Assembly (NCBI RefSeq): GCF_035084215.1
Contig: NC_090361.1
Location: 11,036,001 to 11,100,000, forward strand
Length of the DNA: 64,000 nt
Direction of reading: 5' to 3'
Source of the DNA: Heptranchias perlo
Taxonomy: Eukaryota
A program made the position numbers and the translations under genes. Below, one piece after another: positions 60,201-64,000 of the stretch. Position 1 is the stretch's first letter, and each line of letters begins with the position of its first letter. The notes beneath the pieces are model-generated. The model had not been told where the DNA came from, made no database searches, and was given only the letters and a program-made list of their open reading frames with translations.

Positions 60201-62282
60201 TATCTCAAGGTAATCTTCAAATGCATGCTATTGCATCTGACCAAATAATTGAAGGGATTGCAGTTATTAAAAGGGTGTGTATTTCTAATCGCAAACCCAA
60301 TTTGTTCTGTTAAGGAGATACTTTATTCTAGTAGATAAGTGTCAATGGCAAAAATACTACTAAATTTAGTATTTTCTTTCTTAAATCAGTTCTTGAGCAC
60401 AGTACATGTAAACCTGTTGCCATGTTTTAACATTTCCACCTCTTAGTAATTGTGTGATAATGCTTACAGACTCCCTCTTAGGAAGGGATGGTAATTATGC
60501 AAGAGATCTTCATTATTAGTTGAGGTTGCTTAGTATCATGGCCAAGTGACTATGCATATATTAAGTAGAAATTTGATGGCAGTCAGTTTGTCCAGTATCT
60601 AAGGTATACAGATCACAAAGATCCCGGGGTTGATCTGTAGTATGAATTAACCGATGTTGAGGTGACAATTGTGGTTCTATATTTTGCCTCAGTGCCCCAA
60701 ATGTTGTGTGTTTCTGGAGAAGAGGTGAGATTAGGCATTGTTCCCAATCGAGTTTAGAAAAATGAGAGGGGATCTCATTGGAACATATAAAATTTTGACA
60801 GGGCTGGACAGACTGGATGCAGGATGTTTCCCCTGGCTGGGGGGTCCAGAACGAGGGGTCACAGTCTCAGGATACGGGGTAGGACATTTAGGACTGCGAT
60901 GAGGAGAAATTTCTTCACTCAGAGGGTGGTAAACCCGTGGAATTCTCTACCACAGAAGGCTGTGGAGGCCAAGTCACTGAATATATTTAAGAAGGAGCTA
61001 GATCGATTTCTCGACACAAAAGGCATCAAGGGGTATGGGGAGAGAGCGGGAATATGGTATTGAGGTAGAGGATCAGCCATGATCATATTGAATGGTGGAG
61101 CAGGCTCGAAGGGCTGAATGGCCTACTCCTATTTTCTATGTTTCTCTGTTAGCTATTCAGTGGCCCCTAGAAGTGCTTGCGTGGACATTGTGAGAGGACA
61201 GAATTGGGCTTGGTTGTGATGTCCCCTGCAGTCTCACAGAATCATACCGCACAGGAGGTGGCCATTCGGCCCATTATGCTTGTGCCGGCTCTTTGAAAGA
61301 GCTATCCAATTAGTCCCACTCCTGCTCTTTCCTCACAGTCCTGCAAATTTTTACTTTTCAAGTTTTTATCCAATTCCATTTTTGAAAGTTGCTATTCAAT
61401 CTGCTTCCACCATCCTTTCAGGCAGTGCATTCCAGATCATAACTCGCTGCATTAAAAAAATTCTCATGTCCCCTCTGGTTCTTTTGCCAACTACCGTAAA
61501 TCTGTGTCCTCTGGTTACCGACCCTCCTGCAAAGTGGAAACAGTTTCTCCCTATGTACTCTATCAAAACCCCTCAAAATTTTGAACACCTCTATTAAATC
61601 TCCCCGAATCTTCTCTGCTCTAAAGAGAACAATATACATAGCCTGTTTAAATTCTGTCATGTGTGTGGCCAATTGAGTGAGGTCCAGAACTGTATTCCAG
61701 CGAAGAGTCACAGACCTTCAGGGGAGAAAGTTGGCAAGATTAAAAGAAAAAGTGTGTCGATATAAAATGCAATTTCACCTTTGAGATATATCTGATGCTG
61801 GAATCTTAAGTGTCTGAAGTTTTTCAGAGCTCTAATTTCTTTATACTTCACAGGGTGAGAATCCATTTACTGAAGAAGATGCTAAAGATGATGCTGAAGA
61901 TGGTGTTGATGACACTATGGAGGGTGATGCACTCAATGAGAGTATTACAGGTGAAAATGATGGAGAGAAGAAAGATGAAACTGCAGACGGGGAGGGGGTG
62001 GAAGCAGAGACGGAGCCAGGGGAAGAAGAAGGTGACGGGGAAGGTGAAATACACGCTGAGACAGCTGTATATCAGTCTGACAAGGAAGCTGATGCCACTG
62101 ATGAGGAAGCTGAAGCAAACTCCACAGCAGACCAGGATGGTGAAGAATCTCTTCCCGCAGAGAAAGATGCTGAAGAACCCCTCACAGCTGAAGATGAAAA
62201 CAAGATCTTGGAAGTGGGTGAAGGAGAAAATCCTGATGAAAGTGCTCCAGATGGTGGTGGCAATGCAGAAGAGTTAGAGTAA
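42216..62282 (+). CDS. akap8: Gene B: AKAP95-family zinc-finger protein (AKAP8/AKAP8-like), 13 coding exons, ~655 aa
   Basis: Exons 42216-42234, 44908-44946, 46899-47067, 50443-50914, 53310-53433, 54170-54228, 54923-55010, 55088-55184, 55906-56047, 56771-56873, 58181-58311, 60114-60209, 61854-62282 sum to 1968 nt in frame; intron phases identical to gene A; motifs [29 protein letters not shown], two fingers, LEKYLKGENPF. The symbol is tentative because several stretches are more AKAP8L-like. Confidence 0.9.
42855..43170. repeat. GC-rich degenerate minisatellite (~25-30 bp unit gagccccctccacccgcacgcgcgct)
   Basis: Repeated ccctccaccc / cgcgcgct / gagagccc modules. Confidence 0.85.
44340..44775 (-). 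mobile_element. Full-length Deu-domain SINE (SacSINE1-like)
   Basis: Reverse complement of the 17185-17628 element, incl. ggcctcggtttaacgtctc and tRNA-like head. Confidence 0.85.
44908..44946 (+). CDS. akap8: Gene B exon 2 ([14 protein letters not shown])
   Basis: tttacag|GC..GAA G|gtaagt. Confidence 0.87.
45330..46320 (+). mobile_element. 5'-truncated CR1 LINE
   Basis: [25 protein letters not shown]; tail gaatggcctccttctatgctatatcattctatg. Confidence 0.92.
46899..47067 (+). CDS. akap8: Gene B exon 3 (YG-rich, [13 protein letters not shown])
   Basis: cctcag|GC..GAA AG|gtatct. Confidence 0.92.
48362..49200 (-). mobile_element. L2 LINE 3' part
   Basis: [30 protein letters not shown]; [11 protein letters not shown]. 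Confidence 0.9.
50443..50914 (+). CDS. akap8: Gene B exon 4 ([18 protein letters not shown]..)
   Basis: tttcag|G..AGT|gtaagt. Confidence 0.93.
51703..53179 (-). mobile_element. Young CR1 LINE, ~1.5 kb
   Basis: [27 protein letters not shown] and a 241-aa uninterrupted C-terminal ORF. Confidence 0.95.
53310..53433 (+). CDS. akap8: Gene B exon 5 (NLS GRKRKQ; [11 protein letters not shown])
   Basis: tgacag|AGG..GCA G|gtaaac. Confidence 0.9.
54170..54228 (+). CDS. akap8: Gene B exon 6 ([20 protein letters not shown])
   Basis: ttttag|AA..GCT|gtgagt. Confidence 0.85.
54923..55010 (+). CDS. akap8: Gene B exon 7 ([16 protein letters not shown]..); alternative end at 54986
   Basis: atttag|AAT..AAA T|gtaaga; in-frame proximal donor G|gtaacg. 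Confidence 0.8.
55088..55184 (+). CDS. akap8: Gene B exon 8 ([21 protein letters not shown])
   Basis: tgttag|CT..GAA AG|gtaaag. Confidence 0.9.
55906..56047 (+). CDS. akap8: Gene B exon 9 (zinc finger 1)
   Basis: [47 protein letters not shown]; 142 nt as in gene A. Confidence 0.95.
56580..56673. mobile_element. Short palindromic MITE-like element
   Basis: ggccggaattttc .. gaaaactccagcc imperfect terminal inverted repeats. Confidence 0.45.
56771..56873 (+). CDS. akap8: Gene B exon 10 ([12 protein letters not shown]..)
   Basis: ttccag|GAG..CAT G|gtgagt. Confidence 0.93.
57290..57545 (-). mobile_element. Internally deleted Deu-domain SINE
   Basis: aagaacttgcatttatat..cagccaatttgtgcacagca..cctcagtttaacat. 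Confidence 0.6.
58181..58311 (+). CDS. akap8: Gene B exon 11 (zinc finger 2)
   Basis: [36 protein letters not shown]; 131 nt as in gene A. Confidence 0.95.
58750..59330 (+). mobile_element. L2 LINE 3' part
   Basis: [10 protein letters not shown]; [14 protein letters not shown]; [10 protein letters not shown]; tail ggtgctatataaatgcaagttg. Confidence 0.9.
59461..59905 (-). mobile_element. L2 LINE 3' part, inverted relative to 58750-59330
   Basis: aacaacgacttgcgtttata..gggagggaattccagaac..ttgtagggctggagg. Confidence 0.88.
60114..60209 (+). CDS. akap8: Gene B exon 12 ([27 protein letters not shown])
   Basis: ttccag|ATG..AAG|gtaatc. Confidence 0.93.
60750..61148 (+). mobile_element. CR1 LINE 3' end
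   Basis: [26 protein letters not shown] plus tail. Confidence 0.9.
61237..61635 (-). mobile_element. CR1 LINE 3' end
   Basis: [17 protein letters not shown]; tail acagaatcataccgcacaggaggtggccattcggccc. Confidence 0.87.
61854..62282 (+). CDS. akap8: Gene B exon 13 (GENPF, acidic tail, stop)
   Basis: ttcacag|GGT GAG AAT CCA TTT..TTA GAG TAA. Confidence 0.92.
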   Translation, partial: GENPFTEEDAKDDAEDGVDDTMEGDALNESITGENDGEKKDETADGEGVEAETEPGEEEGDGEGEIHAETAVYQSDKEADATDEEAEANSTADQDGEESLPAEKDAEEPLTAEDENKILEVGEGENPDESAPDGGGNAEELE

Positions 62283-63159
62283 TTTGCTGTACAGATGTAT
62301 GCTAGTCTATGTCTCCTTCTGTTTCTTCAGCATAAAATTCTCCAAAAGTACAGTGTGTCTGAATTAAAGCAATGTTATTTTAGTAGCCACGAGATTCTTG
62401 TATGATCCCAAAACATCTTGCGTTTGGGACAATTCCATGTCATGACTGTCCCAAATCTGGTGTGGCTCTCTGCTTCCCAGCTTTGTCTAACTAGTTTTAT
62501 GTGAACTGCTGATTTCTGTGAAAGTGGTTTGTGAGTGCATTTGCCCTGTTGACTTTTTTTAAACTTCCAGAGTAGGTGACATTGACCTCTGCCAGATTCA
62601 GGATGTGCATAGAACATTCTGTGGGAAACGGTTTGACCTGTTTAACACTTTATTTTTAAAAAAGGAAGTTTACACGTGAGATTGTATAGACACTTACATG
62701 AACATCAGGGAATTTACCATACACTGCATAAAATCTATAGTTCCCTGTGTTTCATAACATGGTGAGACTCTTCAAAACTGTCTGCTTGTGTCTCGCTCTT
62801 TGGATTGAAGATGTTGAAGGGGGTTTCACAAAAATAGTTGGCTTCAGGAAAGAAAATTGTTGCATGCTAATGCTTTAGTGTTTTCAAACTGCCTTTAATG
62901 GTGAGCAGAAGTCAAGTTGTATTGTGTAATCAAACTTTCTACATTTGCTTGTCCAAAAGTTTAAATGGAACACCTTATTGCAGATGTGACAGAACATATG
63001 TTTTCAGTTGGTATTTTTGACTAAAAGTTGAGTACAATTTCCATTTTTGTGAGTTTTGCTTTGGATTTTAGTGATACCATCTGGGTACTGACTGTATTTT
63101 TTTTTGTTTTACTACTGGAAAGAGGAGTAATTGCTTAACTTCTGGAAATAATTGTATAC

Positions 63160-63176
63160 AATAAAACTACATTAAA
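63160..63176 (+). terminator. Polyadenylation signals of gene B (AATAAA 63160, ATTAAA 63171)
   Basis: Follow a ~880-nt U-rich 3' UTR, with TGTA upstream and GT-rich sequence downstream. Confidence 0.7.
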
Positions 63177-63722
63177 CCCTTTTTATAAATGTTAGTGTTT
63201 TGATGGAATCATTTTATAGATGTTTTTCTCCCTTTTTAATAGCAATGTGGTTTTCTTCAATCTGATGGTGAATAGGAGGGATTAAAGGCTTTTGGAGACT
63301 AGGTGAAAATTGGGGTAACCATCCTGTCTTTTTAGAATTGCTTGCTTTTGATTAGTCCCAGGCTTTAGCCGTTTAGTGTCCAACTGGTGAAAGTGAAAAT
63401 TACCACCACCCCCACTCCACCCCAGTTTAATTCATGGGGAAGGTGGAGTTTCCCAGTGGTGTTGGCAGGCTATTCTATCAAAGTGACCATCACACCTGAG
63501 GCTGAGGCTGATCCTGTTCTCACCCAGCATCCACAGTAGCGTAATTCTGGCAGGGAGTTGCTGCATCAGGAGTGGGAACCCTGGAATTCCTTTATAAATC
63601 TCCATGTTATAAGCTTTTCTCATATATAAAACATAGTGTATTCATTTCCACTCAGCATTCTCCTCGCCCCCAAATTATAACCCTTTTCCTCTCCATTCCA
63701 GGAGTGAGAGGTAAAGGCATGC

Positions 63723-63958
63723 TAATTTGGAATGTAAGGAATCTTACAACACCAGGTTATAGTCCAACAAATTTATTTTAAAATCACAAGCTTTCGGAGA
63801 TTATCTCCTTCGTCAGATGGAGATCTGACGAAGGAGATAATCTCCGAAAGCTTGTGATTTTAAAATAAATTTGTTGGACTATAACCTGGTGTTGTAAGAT
63901 TCCTTACATTTGTCCACCCCAGTCCATCACCGGCATCTCCACATCATAATTTGGAATG
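63723..63958 (+). mobile_element. Young Penelope-like element end with inverted pseudo-LTR palindrome and 12-bp target-site duplication
   Basis: Perfect 88-bp arms 63731-63818 / 63823-63910, 36-nt 3' extension to 63946, TAATTTGGAATG at 63723-63734 and 63947-63958. Confidence 0.85.
63825..63857 (+). ncRNA. Minimal hammerhead-ribozyme core (mirror copy on the minus strand), stem I apparently truncated
   Basis: CUGACGA-A-GGAGA(UAA)UCUCC-GAAA-GCUU-GUGA. Confidence 0.6.
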
Positions 63959-64000
63959 GACAGTTTTGGTTAAATTGCTATGGTTTCTGGAGGCATTTTT

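Noticed and set aside
61810-62277. 155-aa Met/Lys-rich ORF
   Set aside because: Alternative frame of the acidic last exon of gene B
63731-63910. Palindrome as miRNA precursor or CRISPR-like repeat
   Set aside because: Target-site duplication, 3' extension and hammerhead core point to a retroelement; there is no spacer array

Overview
Eukaryotic genomic DNA, most likely a cartilaginous fish (inferred from its CR1/L2 LINEs, Deu-domain SINEs and Penelope-type ends). The window holds two complete tandem plus-strand paralogs of the AKAP95 family (AKAP8/AKAP8L; YG-rich N-terminus, KINQRLD motif, GRKRKQ NLS, two AKAP95-type C2H2 fingers, acidic tail). Gene A has 13 coding exons at 5392-33124 (~634 aa) and gene B has 13 coding exons at 42216-62282 (~655 aa). 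Both were assembled by hand with consistent GT-AG phases. A third CpG island at ~1560-2620 carries a minus-strand 19-nt first exon (MDSWYS-G|GTAAGC) with the same promoter and intron-1 motif set, pointing to a third, head-to-head family member that runs off the left edge. Both complete genes share a 40-nt upstream alternative acceptor before exon 4 that would insert an immediate stop (candidate autoregulatory poison splice), and exon 4 is unusually conserved at synonymous sites. A very young Penelope-type insertion with a perfect 88-bp palindrome, a 12-bp target-site duplication and a hammerhead-ribozyme core lies near the right end. The remainder is intron and intergenic DNA rich in LINE/SINE fragments; repeat boundaries are approximate.
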